The notes: generated by a model from the letters alone, not told the origin. Counted from the stretch's first letter, positions 35,803-51,385 are shown. The stretch is DNA of 64,000 bases from Tubulanus polymorphus (GCF_964204645.1 NC_134027.1:23894560-23958559), one strand, 5' to 3'. Numbers and translations: made by a program.

Positions 35803-36242
35803 GGTTGTGTGGGTTTAATTCATCGTTACATCCAGTTCTACTGTTGTCTGGATTTTATTTGACTCGTCCAGTTTCTAGGTCTAATTTGACTCCGGATCCA
35901 GTTCCACAGTTGTATTGGTTCCAAAGTTGTGAAGAAGGTTTAATTTGACTCTGGATCACATTCCACAGAAGTGTGGGTTTAATTAAACTCTGGATCCAGT
36001 TCCACAGTTGTATGGATCTTATTTGACTCGCTGTCCATTTCCAAACTTATGTAGTTTTAGTCTGGACTAACAGTCGTGTATAGGTCAAATTTGACTTAGG
36101 ACCCAGTTCCACAGTTGTGTAGGTTTGATTAGACTCTGGATCCAGTTCCACAGTTGTGTGGGTTTAATTAGACTCTGGATCCAGTTCAAAGCTGCGTGGG
36201 TTTAATCTGATTCCAGTTCCACAGTTTTATGAGTTGAATTAA
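35803..36242 (+). repeat. Degenerate 39-bp minisatellite array
   Basis: Same unit with more divergence. Confidence 0.85.
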
Positions 36243-36827
36243 ATTTTCTGTGAACTAAATGCTAAAATTACACCAGCCCATATGATGACCTCACATGAAC
36301 TAACGTGTCCATGAGAGTAACCAGTATCAGTCCGACTGCCGCGTATAATTACTAAACTGAGTTCATTGTTTTTCCCCTCATCTCTGATAATTCAAAGACG
36401 TGTGACGATGCGTTTCCAACACTCGAAGAATCGCGCGATTCAATCGAGTTATTGTTCGAATTTTAAACGGCTCGTCTCGAAACGTATTGTCATCGGTGTC
36501 GGGAGGCTTCGTTTCCGGGGGCCTCGAGCTGTCGCAGCCCGACCGACCGACATCCGAGGAACGATGTCTTCTTCATCACCGACGCGAAAAGACGATATTA
36601 ACAACAACAAACGAACGAACGACAGAATCGGATGATTCCGAAGGTGAATCGTAAAGAATCAGACGGCGAAGGATATTCGTTAAACAATACAAACGCTCGG
36701 CGTGCGTTGAGAATAAATCACGCCCCGTCGAACAATGATGAACAATAGTTCACAGTTTTAGAGAAAAAACGTTTTCAAGACGCACAACTTTGTCGGTTGC
36801 ACAGATTCAAATTCACCATCAAATATT

Positions 36828-37336
36828 ATCTGGATCCAGGTGTGAGTCTAATCTGGATCCAGTTCCATAGTTGTGTGGGTTAGATTTGACTCTGGATCTA
36901 GTTCCACAGTTGTGTGGGTTTAAATTGACTTTGGATCCAGTTCCACAGTTGTGTGGGTTTAAATTGACTCTGGATCCAGTTCCACAGTTGTGTGGGTTTA
37001 ATTTGACTCTGGATCCAGTTCCACAGTTGTGTGGGTTTAAATTGACTATGGATCCAGTTGAGAGTCTAATCTGGATCCAGTTCTACAGTTTAATTTGGCT
37101 TGTATCCAGCAACACACTTGTGTGGGTACAATTTGATTCTAGACCCAGTTCCACAACTGTGCGGATTTAATTAGACTGGATCCAATTCCACAGTTTGTGG
37201 GTTCAATTTAACTCTGAACCCAGTTAAAAATTTGACTCTGGCTCCCCCCCCCCCGTTCCACAGTTGTGTGGGTTTAATTACACTGGCTCCAGTTCCACAG
37301 TTATGAGGGTTCAATTTAACTCTGAACCAAGTTCTC
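36828..37336 (+). repeat. 39-bp minisatellite array
   Basis: Same unit. Confidence 0.9.
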
Positions 37337-38887
37337 GAATGGCGAAATTGAATCTTCATATCTAATCCGATATATAGTCTCAAGTGCCAGTAATTCCAGC
37401 GCGAGGATTATAATGCAATTCAAACCCATCAGAAGAGCTAGAAGCGCAATTTGCATACAACGATTTATGGAAGCGCGGCAAGAGAGAATGAATTTTCAAT
37501 AACAAACAACGATGAAATGATATTCAATGAAAATCTCAGCGCCGTTCGAAAAACAATGGCCGGTTATTCAGACGGTAGCCGGTATTATACACGGCACTTG
37601 AAGGTGATCAAGTTTCGAAGTTACCTCGCGGGCAGATACCCCTCAACCGCCATTTAAAACAATCATCGGTTTCTCTAAGCTCGTTCACCGCACAACTCCC
37701 TCACTATCCGCCGTTCACTTTTCTCTCCCTTCCTCTCTGCTCTCAGTATCTCTCTTCTCACCGAGTTCACTTGCCCGTCCCTTATAACTCTCCCCCTCGG
37801 TCTCTCAGCTCTTCCTTGCTCTTTGCTCCGTCTCTACTCTCGCTCTATTTTCTTTTTTAAGGAGAAAATTTCAAAGTTCGAGAAAGCGTCTGCATCATTT
37901 TCATATCCCAATTACAGTATGAAGACTCCCCCTAAATCAGTAATTTTATTACAATTTTAAGCCATTATTTCAGTGGTTTTGTAAGCAAATTTTTATCCTC
38001 GACACTAACTCGGGTTTCTAATTAGGTTACACACCGCAAAATCGGCTAACAAACCCTGCTTTCAATCTACTAAATTACACGCACAAGTTCTAGAAATTTC
38101 TAATCGATCAAATATCGATCGAAATTGAAGGAGTTTTAAAGGAGATTCTTCTCTAACATTTTGCTAAAAAATGTCAAAGGAGTTTCAAGCACTTTCGAAA
38201 ACTTTTTCCCGTTAAGGAGGAGTAATTAAGGAATCACGGAGTCAAGGACCCTGTATGACTATTACGTACTAACACATTTTGAAATTTTCGAGGATGTTTT
38301 TTTTTCAAAACCCGCAAATCGAAACGTGTAGGCAAAATTCGCCCTTGAATATTTCACCGCGTCGTTTAGTTTTTTTTTCTTTCTAGTCTAATCGCAGCTG
38401 TCCTTTAAATTTCTGAAGTATATAAAAACACGCCTAGGTAGGCCGCGCGATCGAGCGCGAAAAAAATAAGACGCGCGCAGGTGCGCTAGGCGACCTATCG
38501 GGGTGTGGGGACAAACAATCGATGCAAAAGTACGGCGAACTATAGTAGAGTTGACATTATATACGAATTTATCGATGAGCCTTAGTCGCAGAGCCCTGAG
38601 CCGATAATGCCGATGACATTGACGAGTACTTTAAAAAAATAAAAGGCCGATGTTATTAGCATGACAACAATTGCGAACGAACCAGGGTTTGAAAGACGAT
38701 GAATTTCAATCTCGAGTTCGCGATATTTTTTCGCAAAAAAATTTGATGACGACGACGACGAACAATGGCCGACTAAATATAGCGTATTGTCGAGTTTTAC
38801 GATCGGAATACATGGAAACAAAAACATAATATCCGATACGAGCGCGAAAAATGTGTATTTTTCAAATGGCAAAGATCATTGGGAACA

Positions 38888-39027
38888 GGGCAGCTTCCAT
38901 AGTCCTGGCTTAGACTTCAGACCAGTCTAAGACCAGTTTAAGATCAGCCTCTTAGTTTCGTAGCCAATCTAACAACTTAAGACCAGCCCACTTTAGGACT
39001 TGAAGTCGTGATTATGGAACGGCCCCC
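38888..39027. mobile_element. Short MITE-like element related to 16131-16268
   Basis: gggcagcttccatagtc ... gattatggaacggcccc, with an internal gccaatctaacaacttaagaccag. Confidence 0.65.
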
Positions 39028-39044
39028 TGGAGTCCTATTGAAAC

Positions 39045-39455
39045 TTCCAACTGTTGAAACGAATCGTCGATTCCACTGCGGAACAGGGTCCTTGATTCCA
39101 CTGATAACTCTCAACCGCGGAAAAGCATACTTGGATTCCATTGTGGAACTGGGCGCATGAATCCACAGTGGAACTGAACCCATTGATTCAACCGAAAACT
39201 GACAACAGGAACTGAATCCTTGATTGCACTGTGGAACTGGGTCCTTGAATCCACTGTGGAACTTGGTCCTTGAATCCACTGTGGAGCTGCGTCCTTGAAT
39301 CCGCTGTGGAACTGGGATGGTCCTTGAACACACTGTGGACTGAATCCACTGAAAACGTACAACAGTGGAACTGAATCCTTGATTCCACTTAAAACTCACA
39401 ACTGTGGAAAAGGATCTTTAATTCTACTGAAAACGTAAACGTGGAATCGGATCCA
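39045..39455 (-). repeat. Short-unit variant of the ccagttccacagt satellite
   Basis: Repeats of actgtggaactgggtccttgaatcc, about 24-27 bp. Confidence 0.75.
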
Positions 39456-40221
39456 CGCTGAAAAACCATTTCCGGGAATTTACCGCGACAAAACGCAATT
39501 GGAACCGTCGAGTCTCGACTGTTTATCTAGCATATTATTTTCATCTGCGAAATATTACACTTTTCGAAAATCGATCAACAACACAAAAATAATAATACAT
39601 ACACCGCGCTCGCGCGCGCGCGCGCCGGGGTGCGGAGGATATCACCTCTTTGTGACCGGCGCAATGAAATTAAAACATGCCAGACGGCTACGTTGCCAGG
39701 CAACCGTGTTTATTCAGTTCGATAAACACACAAAAACGCGGCACAAATAAAACAACATATTTCATTAACGAGCTGCCAGTGAGCTGAGCGCGAGGGGCGC
39801 GACGCAACGGCTGGCAGGAAAATATTTTAATAACTCCCCTTCTATCGGCGCCCTCGAAAAAAAAAAACAACATATAAAATACACAACAGATGACGATCGA
39901 TCTATTTTTCCGGACTCCCCTCTCTCTCTCTCTCCCTCTCTCTCTCTCTCGTCTCTGACTCTCTCCCCGGAGAAAAAGTGAGTCATATTTGTTTGGTTTG
40001 AATGAAAATTAAAAATTCTCTCTTTCTCACCCTATCAGCGCGCGGAGGTCTAGACATTCGTAAAAACCGTGTCAATTGGTTGTTTTATTCAACAAAATAC
40101 ACACAACGCAGAAATAAAAATCTATATATTATGAATCGAATTCAATACCACTCGCATTCAGCCTCTGAATACGTAATTGTGCACTTTTAGACGACAAGTC
40201 ACTTCACTTCACGAGTTACAG

Positions 40222-40588
40222 TTCAAAGATCCATCTCAATTGGAACACCTTCAAAGACACATCTCAATTGGAACACCTTCAAAAATATTTCTCAGTTCGA
40301 ACACCTTCAAAAATATTTCTCAATTGGAACACCTTCAAAGATGCATTTCAATTGGAACACTTTCAAAAATCTGTCTCAATTGGAACACCTTCAAAGACAT
40401 GTCTCCATTTGAACAGCTTCAAAAATCTGTCTCAGTTGGAACACCTTCAAAGATACATCTCAATTGGAACACCTTCAAAAATATTTCTCAGTTGGAACAC
40501 CTTCAAAGATACATTTCAATTGGAACACCTTCAAAAATCTGTCTCAGTTGAAACACCTTCAAAGATTCATCTGAATTCAAACACTTTC
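40222..40588. repeat. 28-30 bp tandem repeat
   Basis: tctcaattggaacaccttcaaa(a/g)ata units. Confidence 0.9.
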
Positions 40589-42016
40589 ATCACGTCGATT
40601 CTCAAACCCAGATCAAGTCCAAACCAGAAAACACATTGCTTTTCTATCTATATTGATTTTGTTATCCGGCTCAGGGACACACATGGCGCGCACATAAACA
40701 AGATAAACAATAATAAAGGAATTTCTTTGAAAATATAAATTGATGTATGAATAGACGAAATGACCTTTTGTAAGCACACTACGATCGACTGTCTACACCA
40801 CATGTTTTCGTGGACAAATATACTATTGATAATCGTAAACAGGGAAAAAAAATATACCTCTTTTTCATTCCGAGAACTGCGAATTTCCCCCAGGATTTGT
40901 GGAAGAAGAATTGCTGGGCTGGCTGTTTAGAATAATACCGGGAGGGGCATAGCTAGTAAACACAACCTGCCTGGCTGTATCAATAACTAGACATATCAGC
41001 TAAGAGGGTATAGCGAGGTATCAATAGGCCCTATACCTAATCGATCAAAGCCTACCTTCACATACTTGTGTTTAGAGGTTTTGATACATTTGTAAGATAC
41101 ATTTGATACATTTGTATAAATACCTAGGACTATTGGAGGTATATGCATCGCAAGAGTCAGTATCTTAAAAGTATCGTTACTGGACCAGGATATCAACGCC
41201 TAGCAAGTATCAAGATGTATCAATACATAAATGTATCTACCCACTGGAAAAAGTTACTTATCGATATACGCTTAAATATAGTATAGATACGGGTATCCGG
41301 AGAGAGTAATAACTGGATAGAGGTATCCGCAGTTATCAACAGGATATTATCAAGTGGTCCGGGTATCGATACCTAACGAGTATCGAGATGCAACGATACC
41401 TAAATGCAGCTAGGCAGAGTAACATCTACGAGTTATCTGAATCGCGGTATCCAGAGGTATCAATAAGATATTACTTAAATAGGCCGGCTATTAATACCTA
41501 GCAAGTATCAAGATGTACCGATACCCAAATCTATCCGCCTAGATACATGGAGTTATATATATCTATAAGTAATCTGAGGTAATGGGATTGAGGTATTGGG
41601 AGGTATCAATAGGATACGGGGCTGACAACAAATCAAATCAGTATTTTTCACTATAAAATAGTAGTAACAAATACTGAAAATCAGGAACAGTTGGCCGCTC
41701 TGAAGATATCACCTAAGTGGTATCAATACAAGTAGGTACAATAAAATCCTAAACACTCGGTTTGTATTGACTTTTTGATGGTGGGCCAAGATTATGAAAT
41801 AATTTGCTGCTTCAAAAAGACAGCAAGTCGAGTTTTCGAGAAGGACCAGACCCGGAGATTAACCAGTTGAAAAAAAAATAAATAAAAACAAAGCCGCTCC
41901 CTTCAGTATCAGCAGCAGCAGCAGTCAGTTTGCGGAGGACAGTTCCTGCTATTATTCATGCAGATAAACTGATGATTTACTGCAACTGAATAAATGAATG
42001 AAAAGTTATTGACATT

Positions 42017-42271
42017 GAGTACTCCCATGTAGTACTCCTCCGTGGTAGTACTCCTCCGACGTAGTACTCCTCCGCCGTAATACTCTGACGTAGTACTCCT
42101 CCGACGTAGTACTCCTCCGACGTAGTACTCCTCCGCCGTAATACTCTGACGTAGTACTCCTCCGACGTAGTACTCCTCCGACGTAGTACTCCTCCGACGT
42201 AGTACTCCTCCGCCGTAATACTCTGACGTAGTACTCCTCCGACGTAGTACTCCTCCGGTGGAGTACTCCTC
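42017..42271. repeat. 16-bp minisatellite (gtagtactcctccgac)
   Basis: Tandem units with interspersed gtaatactctgac variants. Confidence 0.92.
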
Positions 42272-43827
42272 TGTCTCAGAATTGAATCAATCAACCCAGT
42301 CAAATACGTAAGACATAGATGGAAACTGTTTGATTTTACGCATGATCAAACAATCAAATTTCAGGATTTGACAATTTTTTTGCATTTTAAGCGTCTGGGA
42401 GTTTTTACAAAATTCCCAGACTTTTTTTTTAAAGAAAATAAATTCCCCCGACTTTCCCCCGCCCCGATTTTTGGGTAAGCGGCCGTCGAGCAGATCCTCA
42501 CTCGCGCAACGAAGACTTCCATCGCGACGAAGAATCCCGTCTCCCAGCGCGCACGCGCGTAGCACGCGAACCCGCAGCCGCGCATACCTAGGCATCACTG
42601 GCGGCTGAACAATCGATCTTGCATCCTAACGCCGAACTGCGGCCACCGCGCGCGCGCCTGTTACCTCACCAATACGAAAAACATTAAATGAATCGGCGAT
42701 CGAGAAGCCGTCGTCGTGGAAGAATACCGCTGATCGACACGAGCAGCACCGGTACACACCCGCGTACTACCAAACAGACTATATTTTATTCCCTTGTTGT
42801 TCGTTCGTTCGTTTATTCTCACAACCGCCGCCACGTAACGACGATTCAAGAGAGAGAGAGAGAGAGAGGAATTATTGCCGCGATGATGATGATGACGAGA
42901 ACGACCGTGATGATGATGATGAAATACTTCGGTTACCACGGCAACGCATTTATTTCCATTCTATTCTACGCGATTTTCGACGACGTTTGTTTATTGCTCG
43001 CGATCGGTACGACAGATCTATATATTACGTGTAATTGTCATAAATCCCGGCGCGGCCCGGGTTCCAATAATCCATCGGCGTAGTCGCCGTTCGTAAACTC
43101 ATTCCAACCGTAAACAAACTCATTTTTTCTATCTTTTTTCGTCCTAACCTTGCTAATTGGCCTCCTCTTTTATATACCACCCTCTAACCTCACCTCTCTT
43201 ATCCTTATCCCGGCTCTTTCCCTCTTACCACTGCCATCTAACCTAAATCCGCAATCGTACAAGAAATTTTTGGCTCAACCAACCGTGGCCCGACCGAAAT
43301 GATCAACCAGGCCGCAACAAATCTTAGCACGGGTCAAATTTTTGCATTTGAATTGCAACTGGCTCCAGAAGTGATAGACTTCCGTTTGTTTAAGCATTGT
43401 TTTAGTATCGAATGAGTGGTGTACATGTGAACGCACTCTCTTATTTGACTCCGGTCCGCCCTGGAAGAGCGTGACCCGGGCCATATCGGCTCAGCGTGAG
43501 CGCGGCTTCACGTTTTCCTGTTTTTTTCAGCCCAAAAATCCACACTCCGTATATTCCTATTTTCCGATTTCCATCTCTGCATACCTAAGATCGAAATCTC
43601 TCCCAACCATTCCGCTCCCTCCCCATCTATCACCCGTCTATCAACCCGTAAGCTTCCCCCTCTCCCCCCCCCCCCGCGAGATCGATTATATGTCTCATGA
43701 TAAATAACCGAACTAATGCTCGCTGCGTGTAAACAACGAACGCAATCGTTTTTAATAATGGCAACATATTTCAGCGATTACGACGAGCTCCGGGAACAAT
43801 AAACACAGAACAACAATAACAAAATCA

Positions 43828-44492
43828 TACACTTCCATCATAGAGATCACACTTCCATCATAAAGAGTAGATCACTTCCATCGTAATGTAGATCATAGCT
43901 ACACACTTCCATCGTAGAGTAGATCACAGCTACACACTTCCATCGTTGAGTAGATCACAGCTACACACTTCCATCGTAGAGCAGATCATAGCTACACACT
44001 TCCATCGTAGAGTTGATCACTTCCATCGTAGAGTAGATCATAGCTTCACAGTTACACACTTCCATCGTTGAGTAGATCACAGCTACACACTTCCATCGTA
44101 GAGTAGATCATAGCTACACACTTCCATCGTAGAGTAGATCATAGCTACACACTTCCATCGTTGAGTAGATCACAGCTACACACTTCCATCGTAGAGTAGA
44201 TCATAGCTACACACTTCTATCGTAGAGTAGATCACTTCCATCGTAGAGTAGATCACAGCTACACGCTTCCATCATTGAGTAGATCACAACTACACACTAG
44301 TAGATCACAGCTAGTCACTTCCATCATAAAGTAGATCAAAGATACACACTAGTAGATCACAGCTACACACTAGTAGATCACAGCTAGTCACTTCAATCGT
44401 AGAGTAGATCACAGATAGTCACTTCCATCATAAAGTAGATCACAGCTACACACTTCCATCATAAAGTAGATCACAGCTACACACTTCCATCA
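43828..44492. repeat. ~31-bp tandem repeat
   Basis: gtagatcacagctacacacttccatcgtaga units. Confidence 0.92.
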
Positions 44493-46879
44493 CTTACTTG
44501 AAGAGGGGCAAATTTTCATCCCAAACAAGACAAGTACCGAAGTCTCAATAAAAAACAGCGCAGATAAGGCATAGGTGTTGCTTTGCTGTTCAGAAACTCT
44601 ACCATAAGTCAAATCTGTCACATCCTATAAGGGCTCCTTCAGGCTTTGCTGATTTATGGATTTTAATAAGTAACTCCCCATATTTCAAGAAATGGGAGCT
44701 CAAAAATCAAGCAAATCGTCTACATCCGCCCTGTGAGAACCATCGAGGCATAATCACGAAACACAGTTTAACTTAAGTCGACAAACAACAATTAACAATT
44801 TTTTCCCAAACAACACAGCAGATAGTTGCTAGAAAAAAGCTTCGATATCCGGCTGCTATAAATAGCTAGAGGGGCTGAGCTTTATTTGGAAATCGCTCGG
44901 AAAACTGGCCATGACGAAGATTCATTCCTGATGGCGTGCGACTAGTCTGTCAGTCACGAGTGACGTGAGTCTGGCAGAGATGGTTGCGTCACAGAACGTC
45001 GGACGTGATATCGCTCACGAGCCCGTGGCAGTCAGGAAGTAGAACAGAAAGTGGAATATGGCCGCTTGGAGCGCCTGGCAGTCAGAAAGTGGAACAGAAA
45101 GAAGAACATGGCCGCTTGGAGCCCCCCTGGCAGTCACAAGGACACGTAGGTTGAGAGTGTTCGTGGCGACACGTTCGATTAATGCCCAGGTTTAGATTCT
45201 TTGAACTACCGAATTCCCTGAGTTTCCAGGTTTTTTTCGAGAACATTATCATTCCATTTCAGCGACGTCCCTATAAGGAATGGACACTTGTCGGAAAGGG
45301 CACATAGCACGTAACGACAGTCACACGCTATTGAAATTAACCATTTACCGCGAAAATTTACGGGTCGCCTTTTCTGGTCTCATCGACGCGTAAACCATCG
45401 GCGCCATGTGACTACGTTTGGACCGACCCTCGAAAACTCCTCATTACGGACCCAAAACGCCAGTAGCGACGATCGGATACAGCTAAGTTCGAGCGGCCCA
45501 TGTTTGCGACGTAGTCAACCGACAGCTCGAATTACTCGCTGTTGTAGCACCTGCGAACGTGTTTAAACCGATAGGATGATTCTTTAAAAAACGACAGAAT
45601 CAACAACAACCACGCCGATCGGCAGCCGTGTATATTCATTATTGACTATTTTACATAGGCTGTTAAAACTGCTGATATACACACACACACACATAAATAT
45701 ATATATAAAACATATTACATATATGAGGTTTTGAACGAATCAAATGAAAAAAAAAAAAAATTTCATATCTTTAGGCTAAAAATGGATACCTCGTTTCTCT
45801 GCTCCGCTGAGCTTAAAACTTGACCCGACTGGACGGCCGCCTATCTACCACCATGTACATTAAAAATCGTGATCAATTTTACCATAACAGACCTGGCAGT
45901 TATAGAAATGATCTGACTACAAATTTTATCATATTCAAAAATGACCCGGCCGCTGCGGAGAAACAAGGTATCATTTTCGTTCAGACTTAGGACACATATA
46001 TGTATGGGGAAGCGTGGGGCGAAGAGGTAAACATTTTCGAATTTCCACGAAATAGCATCTGCATCACTTTTATATCCCAATCAACTGCTCTCGAAATCGG
46101 AACCGTTTATCGCGGTAAAGCGTTAATTCAGCGGTTTTATAAGCAAATTTTCATCCCCCCCCGACACTACCGAAAACGGTTTCTAATTCGACGAAAGACG
46201 ACCGCATTCGGTTTTCTTACTCGCCAAAATTTGGTTCCGCGGTTGAAAAGAGCGCGATAAGTATATCCGAATTCCCGATTGATGAGAAATCGGCAGCAAA
46301 AAATCAACACCTATTTGTACGACGACGGCCGCCGAAAGTCGGACCGGGACTGACGAAATTATCCCCCGATTCCGAAACAATCGCGCGATATTTACGACGA
46401 ATCGAAAAACTGATCCTCAACGCGGTATGAAATTGCGCGCTGATGGGATTTATACGCGTCGTATATATATATATATTTATATACATACACACATACGGGA
46501 TTCGAGGAACAATCAAAAAGGCGCATTTTACGCGGAAACGAAGAATACTCGCAAAAATGAAATGATATTTTCGGATGAGTTACCCGAAAACTAGTTTCAG
46601 CGAGAGGTGACAATCTTAAGCCGCACAATAAGTAAGTATTACGTATACGCGTATAGCGCTGACCGGTATACCGCTGACCGGTATCCCGCCTCCCGCACGT
46701 GAACACAAGAAGCGACCTATAAAGGGACTGTGGCAATGTTAAGACCATTTCTGCTGCATTTACGAGCAACTTTTCGTCATTGTCGTCACTTTTATTTGAA
46801 TATCAAGGAGGCATTTGGTTTGGTTTGCTTTCAGCTGACACACTAAAATCCAACTGGAGGCAACCACTTGAGAAAAGGA

Positions 46880-47098
46880 TTGCCAAACTGCAGCCAAAGA
46901 GTGACGACTTTCAAACTGCAGCCAAAGAGTGACGACTTTCAAACTGTGAGACCGAAGAGTGACGACTTTCGAACTGAGACCGAAGAGTGACGACTTTCGA
47001 ACTGAGACCGAAGAGTGACGACTTTCAAAACTGAGACCGAAGAATAATTTCTTTCAAACTGCCACCAAACTGAAACCAAAGAGTAACTGCTTTCAAAC
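46880..47098. repeat. ~28-30 bp tandem repeat
   Basis: gagtgacgactttcgaactgagaccgaa units. Confidence 0.85.
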
Positions 47099-50000
47099 AC
47101 TCATAGTCTCACTTATAACCGCAATGGACTTTGACTTCAATGAATGCCCATTATTAAAAATGTCCTCGAATCAATTCAAAAATGTCCTCATATCTGATAA
47201 CCTTTTATCGTTTAAGTTAGTCATTAACTACTAAAGACACTTCTAAAGCGTCGTCAACAGCCGCGGCACTAGCGCCACGACGGACGGTCGGCTGCCGTTC
47301 CCGTCGACGTTATTTACGGCCACCGACGGCGACGACGATTTCGGCCGTCGATAGAAATAACGCGATTTACGCACGGAAATAATCGACGAATTTATGCCGC
47401 CCTCTTCGCGGCGGCCGGCGTCGGTACGAGGGGAAAAAGACCCGCAGTTCGATCCGCGGAAAAACGATCCATTAATTTCAATTATTAACACGCGGCTTAA
47501 CCATGATGAATCTTCGAGCGGCGCGAACATTCATTTGTATCACTTTCATATATCGTTTAGTAGTCGAGTTATAGTATATTCATTCAGCGAGACGGTCTCG
47601 TCGTCTAACTGTTTACCAATAAACTGCTCCCAGTTTCCCCCCACCTATAAACTTAAAATTAATGACGATGATTTATCCGGCCAGAAGCAGCAACAACAGC
47701 AGCGGCAGCAGCGGCAGCAGCAGCAGCGGCAACATCAGTATCGAAATTAAAATAGATAGCGATATTCATAGCAATCAATATGAGTTAATCACAATTACCG
47801 AGGCTATTAATATTTATAGCACGGTTTTTAAGAGTTATCCAATTCGACTTTCTGTACCCCTTAGCTAAAGCCGCAATCACATGGAGACAATTTGGCCCGG
47901 GCCCAGTTGGCACGGATCATGCTTGAGTCAAATTTGGCCCGTGTCTAATAAGAGAGCGCGCTCGCACATTAATGTTAAGCCGCGTTCACACTAGATTCGG
48001 CGCTTACTAAGCACCGTACTTCGCTGGTGCCAAATTCAAAATTTCCAGGGCTTTTCAAGGGCCTGGAAAAACAACAGGTATCAATTTTTGCATCAATCTG
48101 GCCTATGAGCCTGGCTGTTCAATTTGTAAGTGATGAACGTTCTTTCAAGACAGTGTGTCATCATAGGGGCCTCGGCCTACCAATGGCTTATCGCGAAGAT
48201 ACTTAAAACTTTAACAGTCAAACAAAGGCTGAGAGCAAAAACAGCATTCATAAGTGAAACCCGTATCAACTCACTGGCTATCACTACTGATTACTTGGGA
48301 AATTCAACTATAAAGTGCCACGTCAAGCCAACAGCCCACTGTCTTTATCTTCTCAAGGTTACTATGTTATATTTTAGTCAGATCAGAGTTCAAGGAGATT
48401 ATCATTGTATATACACACATATAAGTATTCATAACCTAAAATGAAGCCACAGTATTAACACCGATCATGTTGACATGACATTGTTTTTATTTGAATTGGC
48501 CAAATCTTTCGATGAATTTGACCCCGACGCGACGTGTTGTCGATATATAGCCCCTCGTACAGGTACGGTGCCAATGCTGCCATTGGGCGTCTTTGCGATC
48601 ACTTTCCAAAAATATGCTGATTAAAGGTCTAATGACAGGTGTTTGTAGTTCCTATTCGACTAGAAACATCTCTGATTAAGAAAGCTCTTCATACATGTCA
48701 AGTGTGGACAAACAATTTTTTTGAAAGTGTGCTGATAAAATGTCTATTTTATGGGGTCTGTAGTTGGTTTCAACCAAAATTGTCTGTCTCGTGAAGTGTG
48801 GTAATCAGTATTTATAAGCGTGCTAATAAAACGTCTTTGTAGTTCATCATCGACGCAAGGCCACGACACAGTGAGATATTGGTTGAATGGTGACGATAAA
48901 TATTGAAATGTCCAAGGGCGGAGCCAGGATTTGAATCTGTGTGTATAATAACTAGGCCTTAAGCCTAAAAATTTTCTAATCGCCCATTTCTCAAAATTCA
49001 AGGAGTTTTCGAGGACTTTTGGGCACTTTGCTCAAATTCAAGGATTATTCAGGACCTTGAAGAATATTCTAGGTCGAGAAGGAGTTTTAACGGAATCGAA
49101 CAGTCACAGGGACTGGGCTAGAAAAATCTAGGCCAGGGGACAAAAGGCCCCCTGGTCCGGCCCTTGATGTCGAATATCCGAGGGGTGCAGCAGTGTCCAC
49201 GTGGCGAACAACAGCCTGAGTAAACCATACTCGCCCCGCCCGACCATCTGAAAACCATCGGGTTCTCGCTTACACTCCAGATCGGGAAGTGAGTAAAAAA
49301 AAAAACATATAAACGTTGTTGATGATTAATATCAGTAAATACACACCGCGCGCGCGCAGCTCGTATCTAATCATACCGAGAGCAGTTTATATCAATATCA
49401 ATTTTTGTTTACAGCTATGAAAACATCTCCTACTATATACGCTTCTACTCGGGCGGGCGGGCGGACATATTTATTTCACGAATTAATAACATTACGCATC
49501 ATCGCGAAATACGGCGCGCGCGTGGTGTAAAACGGGCGGGAAAAAAAACCGGGCGAATAAACAAAACATAGTTTTAACTCTATAGTCGCGGCGGCGGCGT
49601 TTATCGTTTCGTTTATCATTTCTTATCGACGATAAGTTTTCGATGTATTTTTCAAATTTATCTCGGAATATACCGAATTACAGTAACGATCGCTAATATT
49701 TGATTACACTAACTCTGCACCCCTCGATCAACAGCTCGCACACCGCAGCATCTCGGGGGTCTCGCGCGCGACTTTCTAGAGCTTGAACAGAATTCTGAGT
49801 TTCCCATTTACGTAGAGACTTTTTTCAGACTGGACTCTTTTTGTCAAAAAAGACATACTTTTGCATCGACGGATCGCGCTTGCCATGAATCATTTGCCGG
49901 CATTAATTTCTAACGGTAAATCAATAAGCCGAGATGTAAGTGGCCAAAGGAAAAAAAAAAGGAAAATTGTTGATATCCAAAATATTGGGAAATTTTTTTA

Positions 50001-50282
50001 ACTATAAGCGTTCTCAGATGCTATTTCACGGCATTTTTTTGACCAGGAAAATGAAAAAAAAAACAACGGAATTCCATTTAAAAAAAAACAGGAAGTCTTA
50101 CATCACTGAATAAGAAAAAGGCTGGCTACCAGGGCTACACTTTGCAAAGCATTTTCAGAATATCTGACCAAATTTTCACCAACCAAAATGATGGCTTTTC
50201 TGAAAAAAGATACAAACAGCCCGTTTTTTATTTATTTGCCTTTGATAGAAATAAAAAAGACCCTCTGATCTTGCCCTCCGAT

Positions 50283-50400
<118 letters not shown>

Positions 50401-51385
50401 CATACACGTACATGACCTCAACACGGTCGTGACCTTTTACCACCTATCATAAACTTTTTAAACGACAATAGGGTATATTATTTTGACCGACGAGCACACG
50501 CCCATTCACCGAAATATCTACCGGACACAAAGAACGCGCGCTAAGAGCGTAAAAGATGGCGATTGAGGCACACAAAAAAGTTGCCGGGCCGCCACCACCG
50601 CCACGGAGCTTAGCTGGGCGATAGATCTTATTATAAACGCTTCATATCCGAACGAATAAAAAAGAAGTACAGTTTATATAATATATATATATATATACAT
50701 AGTTAATGCGATCTGTGTCAACAAAAATTTGAATGTTTTGTTTTGTTTGCTTGGCCCAATATTCGCCGATGATAAAAAGGCTCCGGCGCGCGTTAAGTAA
50801 ATCATATTTTGCGGAGCTCTCGTCGTGACCATGGCAACTATTTTGATTAGCTATCTAAACCAAATAATGAATCATGCAGCCTACAAAAAGCGGCGTCTCA
50901 ATGCGAGCCGCCCGGGTAAACAAAATCAACTTATAAAATAAGGACCGGCAATACACACTACACACACACACACAAGCGCGCTCTGTGGAGAGAGAGCTAA
51001 AAATAAACAAACGTAAAAAATCTACCGGGCGCGAAACAAAGCACAAAGAAACCTTTTGTTTTCCAGTCGTCGACGCGACACTATTTTCAACCGCGCATCG
51101 AACCCATCCTCCCGACAACAACGTCATCACGTAAAAAAATCATACCTAACAAATTATTCAACGCGAAATTTTTTTTAAAAAAATTCGAAGTCCATATAGA
51201 AACAAAAAGCTAATTTTCCATTGAGTGAATTCATTTCTAGCGAACGTTCTCGGGAGTTAAATTTTACTCGCTTAAGATCGTATCTAATTAATTACTTTTT
51301 ATTCATATTCTCACTATCCGTCACTCAGTAATCCGACATTGTTGTTACTATTTAATAAGCATTGTCTCATTTCATACAAATATCA

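Noticed and set aside
47394-47868. Plus-strand polyQ and polyS ORFs as possible FoxP exons
   Set aside because: Wrong strand for FoxP; a short CAG/CGG microsatellite with no supporting splice sites or homology.
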